A DNA stretch of 64,000 nucleotides from Podarcis gaigeae (taxonomy: Eukaryota), in NCBI GenBank assembly GCA_964106915.2, contig OZ066923.1; one strand, 5' to 3'. The position numbers were made by a program, and so were the translations under genes. Under the pieces are notes generated by a model. That model worked only from the letters and a program-made list of their open reading frames with translations, searched no databases and was not told where the DNA came from. Shown piece by piece: positions 38,631-52,500 of this stretch; the stretch's first letter is position 1; every line of letters starts with the position of its first letter.

Positions 38631-38972
38631 AAAGGTAAAGGGACCCCTGACCGTTAGGTCCAGTTGTGGACGACTCTAGGGTTGCGGCGCTCATCTCGCT
38701 TTATTGGCCGAGGGAGCCGGCGTACAGCTTCCGGGTCATGTGGCCAGCATGACTAAGCCGCTTCTGGCGAACCAGAGCAGCACGGAAATGCTGTTTACCT
38801 TTCCGCCAGAGCAGTACCTATTTATCTACTTGCACTTTGACGTGCTTTCCAACTGCTAGGTTGGCAGGAGCAGGGAATGAGCAACAGGAGCTCACCTCAT
38901 CGTGGGGATTCGAACCGCCGACCTTCTGATTGGCAAGCCCTAGGCTCTGTGGTTTAACCCACAGCGCCACCC
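38631..38972 (-). mobile_element. Sauria SINE, near full length
   Basis: Same consensus as the other copies; 8-bp TSD GCAGGATA (38623-38630 and 38973-38980). Confidence 0.92.
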
Positions 38973-41900
38973 GCAGGATACCAGAAGCTTAATGGGAGGG
39001 TGAGAGAACTTTGCCATAGTCTATATTGTGGAGAAAATATAGCCCCATCCCCATTCCACAACAACATAATGGTTCCTTCGATACAAATCAACAGCAAAGG
39101 CAAATGTACAGAACGATGAGGACATATCCCAAAGGGCTGGACATGAAAGAAGTAATCTAAAATTAGGTATTGGTACTAATAATGAATTACTTAATGTTTA
39201 GCTTCTAGGGATGAGTCTGTAATTGTATGTAACCACAAGCAGTCCATGTACTCTTGCCATCAAGTCTTTAGCTACTTCTTTCCATGTTCTTTTGTCACAT
39301 ATGTCATATGGGGAGGGGTGCTTCAAGTCAAGGTAAGAACAAAGTCATCTTAGATTCACTGTCAACAAGAACTATGCTACTTCAGGCAATCCAGTACTAT
39401 TACATTTCAGCCTGCATAGATAGGAGCTATTGACAGTGAACACACATCAGATCAGAGAAGACATTTGCCTAAAAGCTGATAGCTGGTAGTAGTTTGCATA
39501 TAAACATGGCACAACTAGATCTAAGCTACCGAGTCTGTTCATGCCATGAAAAGTCTCCACATGAAAAAAACCGCCCAAATTATGATTTACATCTATGAAA
39601 ATAGGCACTCTTGTTAAGGTGGATCTATACTCTTTTCCATAGCTCTGTTAGCAAGCTGGGTGTGTGGAAATTTGATAGCTCAGAGCAGTCTTGTAGGAAT
39701 ACGGCAACTAAGTATCTGAATTGCTGCTTCATAAGGAAATTGCTTTGTGGGATCTGGCCCAAGTACTAAGCAGCATCCTCCAAAAAGAAGGACTTCTCTT
39801 ATGGCACTGGAAAATTTTACAAGTACCCATTGTTGGAGTGCCTGAACCTCCCAGGACTTCTCTGGGAGATTTCACCCCATTATGGCATCCTAAACAAGAA
39901 ATAAATGTGTTCCTGTGCATGATATGTAGGAGTAGAAAGTTAAAACCTGCCCCCGCTATGTAGATCATAATTTGTCCAAGTCATCTTTTAGAAAGTAATT
40001 AATTATAAGTCAGATTTTTATGCGAGTGACATTTTGGGTGCATGCATTGACTAACCATTTGTGCAGAGACTGGTTAGAATAAAGATACTCTGAAATATGG
40101 TCCCTTTTATTAATAGTGCACATTTGCCCCAGGCTCAAGAGAGAAACTTGCATTATATTCCATGCCTGCCTGTTTCTGGTCTACCTGAACACCTGCCGTG
40201 TCCAAATACATAAAAAAAATTAGATACAGCTCAAGGTGAATAGTGCAAGCACTCACCAGCTACAAACTGGAGGCTGAGCTATGCCCATTCAGTAGCAGTT
40301 TCCAGTTATAGATTTTCTGAAAAGCAGATATAAAATGACCAGGATCCAAACTAGCACAAGTGTAATTTTAAAAGTGAAAAAAATAAAATCTAGCAAATGT
40401 GGAAGTTATTTTAGGGTACTCATGCACCCTTCTAGGTCATGGGCTCCATTGTGTGGAACTTCATAAGGTACAAAGGACTGCTGTCAGACCTGAAGTTTTA
40501 CCCTCCCTCATGCATGTTCAGAAGCACTTTTCACTCATGCACTCAAAGTGGGTGGGAAGTTGAATCTTGGCCAAAGATTTCTGCCAGAATTCAACAGTTT
40601 AAGGTAAAACTTGTGTAATACCACAAAACAAAACCTCTCTCTCTCGCGCACGCACTCTCTCTCTCTCTCTCAATATATGTATGTATATGTATATGTATTC
40701 CAACCAGCAGCATCTTGACATGGGACAATAGTAGCACAAAACATTTAAGATTTGGTCACATGACAGTAAAAAAAAACACCCCACTAAAAACTGGCAATCA
40801 ACTAGTACATTAGATGTGAAGAGAAGAGATCCAGCATATTTTCTAAGGCTCTCCCTCTTTTTAAATTTACATTTCAACATTGTAGATTTAAAAATACATA
40901 GGCCAGCATAAAACAAAAAATTAAATGTTACCACATTAATTGCAAGCTTCCAGGTTAGATGGTTTACATGCTAACTAAATCCATCTTAGTACATTATCAA
41001 AATGCCCAGTGTTAGAAACTGGAACAGGAATGCTAGAAGCCATGTGGCTCCTGGGACCTAGGCTGTGGGCGCCAAAACAAAATGTCTAGGTGCATTGCTT
41101 GTTTGTTTTTTCCTGCCCTGCTACCAGACCAGGTAGCCACACTGGGGGGGGGGGGGGGGAGGTGCTGGCTAGGGAGTCAGGAGGTCTGCAGGGTAGTGCA
41201 GCAGCAAAAGACGCGTCTTTTGCTTCCACTCTACTTGCCAAACACCTGATTCACCCCAGTGTGGCAGCATGGAAGCAATAAAAGTGTGTTTTTTCCTGCT
41301 GCACCACTGGGCAAATCAGGTGTTTGGTGGGCGTGCCCAGCAGACCAGATGACTACAGCCAGGCAGGTGGACATGCTAGGCGCAAAGCACGCCTCCTTGA
41401 TATCTCAATCCAGTTGCAGAAGGCCAGTTGCCAGTCGCAAAATGCGACTGGTGCCCAGCTAATTTTGAACTCTGAATGCCCGTTATGGCAAATATTCCAT
41501 TATTTAATAAATGGCATCCAATTCTTCTCAAAAGTCTACTGTATTACTTCTTCCTTCCCCCAAGTATTTGTAACTCCTAGTAACTCCAAGACTTCCTCTT
41601 AAGAGAGCACTTATGGCAGTATTTTGCAATACGAGATTAAAGGCTCCAAGTGTAGCTCTTAACAGAGGAATTTTGGAACCCTTAAGGGAGACATATCCAA
41701 AATCAAGATGAGCTCCTTTACAAGGAGGAAGGAGAACAGAATTCAGGTTCTGCATGAAGGGAAATAATCTGAAGCTATCCATGACAAGACTAGCATGTAC
41801 CAAAGTTAACTCTCAAAATTGCAGTGAGAATGTAATGTGCTATTCTCCCTTCACATCCAGCCCTAAATTCAAGTCAAACTCTCTGGATTAACAGGAGTTC

Positions 41901-42643
41901 ATGGAATACAGGACTTTTAGGTCACATGCTGCGCAAGCACGCCACAGCAGTAAGCATAACAAATTAAATAAGAAGACTGTACTGTGCAAAAAGCCTATCT
42001 CAATTTAGGCTAGAAAAATAAATAGCAGTTAAGTGGGCATGCTTATTCACTCACTGGTCACTTCTGGCTCTCAAATTACAGTAACTCTTAAGGAGATCTC
42101 CAGTGTTAGTCATACATGGATTAGACCTGTGAAATCAATGGACAAATTACTCGTCTCTCAATTTCAACATGTATATTCTAAGCACGACTAACACTGGATA
42201 TTACCCTTAGTTACTAGTTGTCCCCATCCTTGGAAACCTCAAACACACAGATGGGGCTTGCATGGATGACAGCTTATTTTGCTGTTACATTTCAGACAAT
42301 TTTACCTTTTATTCCAAGTACTTTCAGACCAAGTTATATCTGACTTGGTATGCTGCCCCTTTAGTCTGAATCCAAATCTTTCAAAAGTTAATTTGGGCAT
42401 GTTTAACTGATCCTGTGTAAATTCTTCTACAAGTCACCCTATCTGCTCTGGACTCCTTAGAGAAGATGGATGGGGAATAAATATCCAGAGTTTCAAAAAG
42501 TAGATTGGATTGATCCAAGGTGCAACAGGTAGCAAATCTGGGGCTGCAGTAAAGGATGAACACTCCCTTGGTCACCTGTGATGGTTAATCATTACCTACA
42601 TTTACTGAGGGACCTCCCCACTGTTGAAGGTCATCATAACTGA

Positions 42644-42780
42644 GGGGTGAGGAGTCTCTAGCCCTCCAGATGTTGTTGAACTACAGTTCCCATCATCCAC
42701 AACCACTGGCCATGCTTGCTGGGGCTGATGGGCGTTGGGAATCCAGCAATGTCTGAGGGCCACAGGTTCCACACACCCAT
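42644..42780. mobile_element. Short degenerate interspersed repeat (probably hAT-derived MITE family)
   Basis: Core CCAGATGTTGTTGAACTACAGTTCCCATCA ... CAATGTCTGAGGGCCACAGGTTCC. Related copies at ~30990-31122, ~36455-36585 and ~27570-27690. Confidence 0.5.
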
Positions 42781-45199
42781 CATAGCACTGGCCTGCAGAG
42801 GACTACAAACATATTTCTCATTGCCCAGTATCAATTGAAAGAAATATCGTGGGGGATATAATAACGGTGTGTCTATAACACTGTTTTGCATTAGACAAGG
42901 CACTGGCAAGGAGGTTACACTTGTAACTATTACTGCAACCAGTCAAGAACCACAAGGAGGGCTCAGGGTAACATGGGAACATAGGCAGCTACCTTATACA
43001 GAGTCAAGAACATTGGTCCATCTAGCTCAGTACTGCCCACACGGACTGGCAGAGACTCAGACTGGGAACATTTCCAGCCCTGAGTCAGAACCTTTTTCTG
43101 CAGGCAAGGCAGATGCTCTACCGCTTGAGCCACACACCCTCCTAGTTCTACATCAACACAAGCTTCCTCCTGAGCAATTATTTCCAAAAGCTACATTAAT
43201 ATGCCTAATTTGCCCTCAAAGACTGACAGAAACAAGCCAGCTCACATCAACCGCTAACATGATACTTTTTGGCTCAAAATGGCAGGCTAATTGTATTGGC
43301 CCTCCAAGACATTCACATAGATAAGTGACTAGAATTTATCTCAATTATTTCATTTCAGTTGAATACACAAGTATAACGTCATAGCTCCAGACAGCAAGTC
43401 CATGAGTCAGAGAGTATTAGCCAGTGCAAAGGTTTGCAGCTTTCACTGGAGTGGCAAAGATAAGAAACTATAGCATTTTTTCACCTGGTGACTAATAATG
43501 TATCTTTATACAAGCAGTAACTGATTACACAGTCATTACTTTGGATTCTGTTGTGTCACACCTATGCTTAAGGGAAGAAACTACAATTTTAAGAAGTTGT
43601 AGAAGTGTGTTAATCCGAGGACCAGGGTTCATACCTTCTCTTTATCCACAGCATTCTTTTTTTTACCTATGCAGTTCAAACTAGTGTTTCATCATGGGTA
43701 GAATCATTAGTCACAGATGCACATGTTAGCATTAACAGCCAAGTTTTGTTGCGGCTATTTGCAGGGTAATTATACCGCGAAACAAACAAAACTTTTGTAT
43801 ACGAGTCATTTGTTGCCAGTTCAGATGCTACTTTTTGAAAATGCAAGTCACATCTTGCTTGCCAGCAGCACACAGGTCTGACAGATTGGTAAAATCCTGA
43901 ATGCTCTGGGAAGTCCTTATTTCTCAGGCACGCCTGCAAGTCAGACCTGCATGTTACTTTGTGCACTTATCTCTAGTCTAGAGGGATGCTGCTGCTGTCT
44001 ACAAACAGGCCCTGGAGGGGCTTCTTTTTAAAGCAGACTCCACTCTCCAGGTGTACATTGGTTGGAAGTACCTTAGAGTCACAGATTATACACAGAAAGG
44101 AAGTAAAGGCAAGAGCAAAATGAAAAAGTAGACACAGCCAGTAAAAGAAAGGGGGGTCTCTATGGGCATTGGCACTTTCCTTATATCAATTAAGTATTGA
44201 AACTAGCAAGTAGTTCTGCTCCACAGAAAAGGGATAGCCAAAACAGGCAGGCAATACAGATCCCCTAGACTCTCTACCACAAATAGAAGTTTGAAAGATA
44301 GCAACAATCAAGGGACAAGAGCAAGAGAAAACCCACTTTCTAAAATCCTTGCTTCACAGTTATTGCAATGCTTAGAGTCAACTGGAGTATTTCCCCAAGA
44401 GCAACAATTGTCACAGGAGAATATTCTAGAAGTAGCATGCCTCAGATCATTTTCCCACTTTCCACATTCAACTAATAAACACATGAGCTGGAATCCTGTC
44501 CCATTTCTTTTTCCTTTTCACAAGTTGCTCCTTCCAGATACAGACCCTGGGACTGCTGGACTCTTGTTTGAACCACCCTGCCAAAGGGAAATAAACGCCC
44601 GTTGTTGCTTAATCAGGGCATTTCACCGCCTTTTATTCAAAGGAAGTTGGCTGAACAGAGTGGAGAAGTTGGTCCCATTTGAGAACGGGGGCAGCTGCAA
44701 AATCTACCAGAGAGACTCTCCTCCTGCAAGCTTCGTCTTGCCCCGTCGCTCCCTCCTCCCCCTTTCCTGGCTTGACTCAAGCAGCGCCAACTGAATGAGG
44801 AAGTCAAGCTCGGCGGGCGGAAGCCAAGCCCATTGCAATGTCTGCAACAAGGTTGTCAGCCCGTGACTCAGGCGGGAGCCCTGACAGCTGCCAAGCGGTA
44901 TACTGCCGTTACTTCCCAGCTTTGTTTTTTTTTTTAAAAAAAGGGGGGAGAGGGGGGGCAGGAAATCCTTAGATGATTAGAGGGTGCAACCCCAGCTACA
45001 AACCGAGGAGAGAGAACGAGCAGGTTTAATCTCTTGCAACAAGAGCAAGATATAGTAACAGGCAGCAGAGGATGAGAGAAGCACGCGATCAGCTGCTTTC
45101 TCAGAGAGGCAAGAGGCGGTAGTCTTAAAGCCATTTCCCCTGCAGGCTTGTTGGGGTTAGGGGCGGTGGGGGGGAGGGGAAAGAGGTATTTTGGGGGAG

Positions 45200-46120
45200 G
45201 GGAAGCACAGGTAGCCGGTGCGGCAAGGGAAGGATCCTATGCGTGGCAATTGCACAGCGTTCCCCCACCTCAGGCGGAAAGGAAGCCAAGAGATGATGGC
45301 TGCACCTTCCCCCACCCCACCCCGCCCCGTTTCCACCCCCCCTCCAAAGCAGATGCCCCCACAGTGGGTGGCACTTCCTGGGCTTGCAGCCCGCTTGGCA
45401 GAAGAAAGGCATTCTAGAAGTTAAGCCACACCCGCCCGCCCGCCTCGCGATGAACCTCAACCCGCCGCGCCAAACTGAAAGCCAAGCGCCATCTCTCGCG
45501 TGTTTCCCGTCCCGTCCCGCGCCGTCCCTGAAGCAGGATTTCACCTGAGTCTGGCCAAAGCCCGGGAGGTTGGGGGGTGGGGTGGGCGAACCGCCGCGGC
45601 TCCTGCTCCTCGCTGTGGGAAGACTAGACTCGGTACCCGGCACCTTTGGAGAGAGTCGCAGCGCCCCACCGCCGCGCTGTTCCAGCTTCAACGCCTCACA
45701 CTCACCGGCAACAGCGAGGTTTCAAGCCGGGAGGGAGCGGCCGCGGCTAAGGACAGCAACACCCACCTGCTGTACTGCTGGCCAATAAAAAGGTCAGCTT
45801 GCTCTGACTGAGCTCCAGCTCCCGCCAATGGCGACGCGAGAGGAGGGCGGTGCTGCTAAAGAAGGCGGAGGGCGCTTTTTTTTTTTTTAATCTCCTCAAC
45901 TGACGCCTCAACCCCCGCTTCTCCTATTAGCCCGCCTCTCATCCTCCTCGCAGAAATGGGTTCAGCCAATGCGCCCTCATTCAGAGAGGAGCGTAGACTG
46001 ACACGTCGGGCGGCCAATAGGTGCACGGAGAAAGGGTAGGGCCCTTTGTGGGCCTATCTTGAACGTTTCCCTGGCTGTTCTGAGGCGTGGCAGCAAGGAG
46101 TGGAGTGGCGGCGGGGGAGA
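45200..46120 (-). promoter_or_regulatory. MYH9: CpG-island promoter of MYH9
   Basis: The only extended non-repeat CpG/GC-rich region, upstream of exon 2 on the minus strand. Four CCAAT motifs (~45782, ~45825, ~45966, ~46014), GC-box-like GGGCGG and CRE-like half sites; no clear TATA box. Confidence 0.8.
45706..45830 (-). other. MYH9: Probable non-coding exon 1 of MYH9 (boundaries uncertain)
   Basis: Lies in the CpG island. Best donor is CCG|gtgagt at 45705; alternatives are CAG|gtgggt (45766) and CAG|gtgaaa (45544). The TSS cannot be fixed from sequence. Confidence 0.5.
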
Positions 46121-46599
46121 AATCCCTACCATCCATTTTCAGCCCCATTAACCTACCCTCAGTAGGAACAAAACAGTGGGCACTCGCCTGTTCTCCTGTG
46201 CATGCTCAAGCAGAAGTAAACCTACTGTATTTAATAGGGCTCTCTCCAAGACTGGCCCTTAAACATCTAAAAGCAAATACTCAGGTCTTCTACTTCCATT
46301 TAGCAATAGCGATATTTTTCAAAATTAAAATTGTTCGACGCTTATTATTTGAAGTTTAACACGTCACATATAACAAAGACTCTTGCAATACTGATAAAAG
46401 ACTGGGAAAGTGCCCTTAAATAGGCACGGTGGCTTTCTCTTCACTACTGGATCCTGCACAAACTTACTCCCTTCAGAGCTCTTCTGCAGCCTTGCCCTCC
46501 CACTTCTCTCTCCACTTCTATTTTCCAAGGCATCCCTTCCTGTGACGTCCTCTTGTCCACCACTTAGCTGTCCAAAGGTTTCCTGCATCCTGAAACAAC

Positions 46600-46870
46600 T
46601 CTGCTCTTCCTGTCTTCCTGCCCATTATGCCTGGAACTGCGTCCAGAAGGCCTTTGCAACCTCCTTCCTTAACGTCCCTCCTCAAAATTCATTTATTTTG
46701 TAGAAGAATTTTGGAACAACCAAAGTGCATGGAGTTGAAATAACTTCACATTCCCCCGTTTACCCCTACCTCCATTTCGCGTTCCCTCTTCTATGTTTTA
46801 GATTGCAAGCTTTTTGGAGTAGGGACTTGTGAAACCTGTTCTTTGTGAAGCTCTGTATACATGCATGCCA
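46600..46870 (+). mobile_element. Old L2-like LINE 3' end fragment
   Basis: GCCTGGAAC...TAGATTGCAAGCTTTTTGGAGTAGGGAC resembles L2 3' ends; highly degenerate. Confidence 0.4.
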
Positions 46871-49169
46871 CTGTCACCATCATCAAGCTTACAAAAAAAG
46901 GTAAGAATCACTTTGTTATATTAGATCAAGATCTATTTAAGCTGCAGCAGTTCTGTGCACACCTAAATATAAGCCTCATTGAACATAGTGGGACTTTCTT
47001 CTGAGTAAACATGCACAGGCTTGCCTTGTTAGTCCAACATTGTGTTTTCAGTGACGGCCAAGCAGATTCCCCTGGAACGTTCACAACAGGACATGATGAA
47101 GATAGCCAACCCATTATTGTTATCAGTATGTGGAAACCAGAGGTATTCTACCTCTAAACACAAAAGTCTCATTTATATCTGTCATTCCTAACATTAATGC
47201 ACTTGTCTTTCCTCCACTAGTCTTTTTACAAATCTTTTATATATATTTTTAATAAAATATTTATACTTTTTTAATGTTCAGCATACTCCCACTTACCAAG
47301 TACTAAGGATAATCAATAAGGTTTGGCTAGCTTCATTGACTTTTAAATTCTAGAAATCAGGTGAACCAAATACATCAAGATGAGGAACCTCATCCCTGAC
47401 ATTTTGACGATTTCTGCCCTGACACTGCTTCCGGATGCAGTATTCCATGCATGTCCGGGAAATTCCAAACGTATGGCAATCCTAGCTTCACTGCATGAAT
47501 TACCCAACCTTTTACCAGACTACACCAGTGTTGGACTTGCCAAATTTAATTGTGAAAAACCAGGGTTTGTTTGCTTTTTTAAAGGCAGCTATATTACACC
47601 CACTGATCTTCAAGGAAGTCCCACTGAGCGCAATGGGATTCCACTGTTATATGTAGTGCTTTAAGGAGTTCTGATGTACGATATCTCATTAACATATATG
47701 GCAGCTGAGAAACCACTTTCATTATCTAGCCACTCTACTCAGGAGTCTGATTCTCAAGTTGGATGGTCAGATGCAAAAGAGGGCAGGGCTCCTGTACCTT
47801 TAAAAGTTATGTAGAAAGCGGGGAATATCAGTAGGTGTAGGCGTGGTCATCCAAGCTACAGCTGCAGAATATTGCCACCTCCACACAACTGTGGCAAATG
47901 TGCAGGAATCCTGTCCTCTTTAACCTCTGTTCGATCTCCTGCTAAATAAAAGTTGGACCTACTGTATCATGGTATGAAGCTAACATACACACCAAGAACC
48001 ATTATTTTGAAGCTGGTCAAGCAAATTGATGAGAAGTTTGCATCACCAATGTTAATCACAATAGTCAATGTCAAATCTTTAGTGAAAGAAAATTAGCAGT
48101 GAAATTCTGTGGATATTTATTCAGAAGTAAGTTCTAGTTTTCTATGTTTGTAATGCTTTAAAAGAAAGCAACATCAGATTATAACTGAAGTTTATAAAGC
48201 ACTGGAGGGGCTCTAATAAAATAAAAGATGTTCATTCCAAAATTCAGACACTCTTGTAACTAAACACTTTCCTGGTACCATGTATGATAAGGTGTTCTGT
48301 AGTGGAATTCATGGACTGGCAGAGAATAAATTTTTATACAGGTAACTTCTTTTCTTTGTGCTCAACACAGAAGGCATGGGATACGATACCAGAGGAAGGA
48401 AGCCATCTTCTTGCCTAGCATTGAAATTCATGAGGCTGCTGGAAGAGGGACAGAGTCTGTTATCCATTCTGTCAGCCCATAGCAAGCCAGAGCAAGATGC
48501 TCTGAACACATAAATACCAATCCTGGTGTGACTGCACTAGCTACCATTTTATTTATTGCTGTAAGCTGCTTTGAGTTACTTTTGTTAAGAAAAACACCTA
48601 AGTATGATAAATAATAACAATTTCAAGCAAACAAGCCACCTGTCTGTCAATCATAGGTTAGTAACTTTTGAGGGCTCGTTTACAAGGCTGTCTTAAACAT
48701 TTTCAGGTATTATTGATTTCAGTGGAGAAGATATAAGTATGGGCTTCTGACACTGTCATCAATGTGAATTTAAAACCCTAGCTTTAGCTGGGCCATTCCC
48801 AAGGCTTTTTGTACGCTAGAGAATGTATATTTGTAGGTATAAATGATGTGAGAAAAGACATTAATTAGGTCAAGGATCCTAAAAAGACCAATAAGAAACT
48901 TCAAGAATCAGAATAGCTGAAGGTGTACTTGGAGAAACAGAGTATCCTAGAGAAATTAACCTGAAGACTCTTGAAAGAAAGTTTATTTGGTTAAGAAAGG
49001 GATGAAGGGTGGAGAAGGTGATGCTACTAAAGTTGTTGAAAGATGTGTGCCACTGAACATCATTGTATCAAGGATTAAAAGATAAAATACTATGGTTAAG
49101 CATTAGTGAGAACAGTGTAAGGAGAAGAAATTGCAGGGCTGGAAATAGAACTTAGCTACTTGGAGAGCA

Positions 49170-49570
49170 AATGTGGAGCAGTGGTTAGAGTGTTGGACAA
49201 ACATTGTAGGAGATAAGGGTTCAAATTCCCATGTGGCCATAAAGCTCACTGAGTGATTTCGGCTGCATACATGCCAGACATTCAAGCATGCACACACACA
49301 AAAACTCATGGGAACTGTAGTTTGTTGTGAGTGCTAGAAACTAGCTCTGAGGGGGAAACTCCAGTTCCCAGAATTCTCTTTGGGGGGTGGGCATGCAGAG
49401 AAATGTGTTTTAAAATTTTGTTAAATACATGGCATATACTGTCTCTCAGCCTTACCTACTTCACAGGGTTGTTGTGAGGATAAAAGGATAAAAGGAACTT
49501 GGGAAAACCATGTACACTGCCTTTACTTCTTTGGAGTAAAAGGCAGGCTCTAAATGCAATTAATAAATAT
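49170..49570 (+). mobile_element. Degenerate tRNA/CORE-type SINE (Squam3/MIR-like) interrupted by an insertion
   Basis: AGTGGTTAGAG box A, GGTTCAAATTCC box B, CACAGGGTTGTTGTGAGGATAAAA core, A-rich tail. Confidence 0.55.
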
Positions 49571-52500
49571 ATCAATAAATAAATGAAGAAGCTTGACGGA
49601 AAAAAATAAATAGGAGCCAAGAATGAAGGAGTGTAGTAAACCTTGTCATTGAAGGACCCTAACCCTAACCCTTTTATAGGGCACTAACATAGTCACAGTC
49701 TATGACATCAGAAGCCCAATTGGGTTATGAGGGCTACTGGTGTGACAGAAGTCTTTATTTTAAAAAGGAGGCAAGGAGAAGGTTTGAACTTGACAACAAA
49801 AGGCAGAATGGTAAAATTAATTTAAAGTTTGCAACTGGAAAAGGAACAAAAATAGATAATGGAGTTAACAATGGAAGTATTTATTAATTATTTCTGAAAA
49901 GTTAAAGCCCAAGGAAATAAATTAACACCCAAATACAGTACTGTAATGCAATGGAAGAATTTTGAGTCTTCTGCTTCTTTGACTTGCACACGTTGAGCGG
50001 CATGTTTTTTTCTTTTGCAAGGTGTGGGCTATCATAAATATGCTTTATTTTAGTAAAGATAATTAAGGCAAAGGAGAGGAGTGACCAATGAGCAAAGACA
50101 ATGAAAAGAGTGAAGGAGGGAGCATGTTGCTAAATATTAACCACAGTGACTTTATTTTTTGTTTTTTAAAAAATGACGAAAAACCACAGGAACAGAACAG
50201 CTTGCAAAAGTTACAACATTGTATTGGTAAAGGGTTCTCTACTGAAATGGATTGGCTAAGTAGATGGAATTTGCAATGAAGGGTATTGCTAAAAGTTCAG
50301 ATTCAGTGTCATATAAGCAGGTCCATGAAGCTGAAGCAAAAAAGCAGTGGTTGAAAGTCCATGTGAAAACAGCTGTATCGACAGAAGGCTTTGAGGGGGC
50401 TTCTGGGATGATGACGCTACAAATAATGCACTCCTGTGTTTACTGCTTCCCATCCAACATGGTACTCCAATGAGACATCTACTCACCTTACAGTTTATAC
50501 TTACAATGACCTTTCACACTCGCTTTGTTCCAGTCACGTGGCCTGAAAACTCCTTAGGAGCAAACATTGCACAACAAATTATTTCAGCTGAAAGAGAGGT
50601 TGCCTTTAACCCATCTACTTGTCACACTCCTGGCATATGTATCAGCAGACAATGCTTTTTTACAGAGTTGATCTTAGGTGGCTATCTGGAGCAGCACTTT
50701 GTAGGAGGCAGCCTGCCTGCTGCAGCAGTGACTGCTGCCCTATACAAGGCTGCAGAGATGTTATCTAAGCCTAGGACCAATCATAGTTTTAGGAACATGA
50801 GGATGAACGAGGCTCTGCTGAGGTGCAGCTATTCATGTATTGTCCTTCTGCACCTGCTCCCAGTAGATAGCATAGCTTATCTAAGTACATGGAATATCAG
50901 CAATGTTTAAGTTCATGAATACCCCTCAATGATGATTCACTAGATAGGCAGAGCTGGCAGTGGGTACTGGCAGTGCCTGATTTAGGGTGGTACAGGTGAT
51001 TCCTCAGCACAGGACACTGAGCTGAAGGCACGCAATATAATAAGGAATCATTGTGAAAATAAGAAATATGTTGGGGGAGTATCAAATGTTGTCCTTGCTC
51101 AGGGCACCATATTACTAAAGTATGCCCCTTTTACTGGGACTCTGAATTGTTCCTGGTTCCAATTTGCAGCCCTCAAGCAAGGAAGCACAGCAGCTTACGC
51201 ACAAGGAATTCTGGGAATAGGTTTTCTGTTAGCTACTGTCCTGAAGGTCAAAGGGGAACATTAAGACAAGTGAAATCTTCTTAGTCCACTAACCTTAGGC
51301 AATATGCACCAAAACATGTGGGACCCTTTGCTTTGCTGGGCCTCAGGGGAGTCTCTCTCTCTCCCCCCCCCCCTGCCCTTGCCTCTCCCTCTCTCTGCAC
51401 CTCTGGCTGTGTATACATTTCTGCTGCTGGGGAAAAGCTAGGGATATAAGGAGGGGCAGAAGTTGTGATGCAAGGAGGAATCAGAATGAGCATGAGACCC
51501 TGGTAGCCGCAGGAATTGAAGGTTCTAGTAGATCTGGCATTGACTTGAGAGAGCCATAGCAGGTCAGCAAGATTCAACTGCTGGCACTCACTGAGAGATG
51601 AGGGGGTGGTCTACAAGCCTGCAATATAAAGGAAGTCACTGTCTGACAATCTGTGGGTACAAAGGAGGCTCTGCCAACTCCCAACTACTGATCTAGAAAA
51701 AGGAAAGCTAGCAGTCTTATGTGTGTTGGGTTCCATTGGTGAGGGTAAGGTACTTAAATAGCAGCATATAAATACTTGCAATAAATAAATAAACATGCCA
51801 CTCTTTCCTGACTTTCATTTGTCCCAAGACTGCAGAAGCAATAGGAAAGGGTGCTCTAGCCCCATCCATCAGCCAAAGGAGAAAAGAGCTGCCAGCCACT
51901 ATGCAAGCAAGGACACCAGCGGAGCAAGGGAAGAGCAGCCTGGCAACAACTGGATATAAATGCCCACTTATAGCTCACCACTTTATTCTGACCTTGAAAT
52001 ATGAACTCCATCCTCTACCTCCCCCCCTTCCACTTCTCTTCCCTTGACTTAGTTTGTAAACGTGATGTCAGGGACTGCCTCTCATTTTTTTAAAGCTGCC
52101 TCGGAAGGTAACATTTTGCCTGAAATGTGGGATAAAATCTAAATAGACAAATAAACAATAGAATGAAATTAATGCTGTGGGGAAATTATACTAAGAAAAT
52201 GGATCCCACCTAAGCCTTAAGCATTTCTGGGGCAACTGCAGTTGGTGGCAGGAAGGTCTCTATAGCTATTACTGCATCCACTGGGTTATTGTAGGGTATG
52301 GTTGCTAAATGAGAAACACAGGTTCCAAGACCATCACATTCCACATTTAACACATTGACAGATAACAATTCAAAGCACTTTCGCCATCTGATGAGCTACT
52401 CAATAGATTCTGAACATGAGGATTACCATAGTAACTAGCTCAGGCTCAGTTGAGGGGGGAGCTGAATGCTTGTGGTTTACCTCAGCTTATACTCCCACTT

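Noticed and set aside
45125-45811. Long ORFs in the CpG island
   Set aside because: Low-complexity G/R/P-rich translations typical of CpG islands; no recognisable domain.
49657-49671. Interstitial telomeric sequence (CCCTAA)2.5
   Set aside because: Too short to distinguish from chance.
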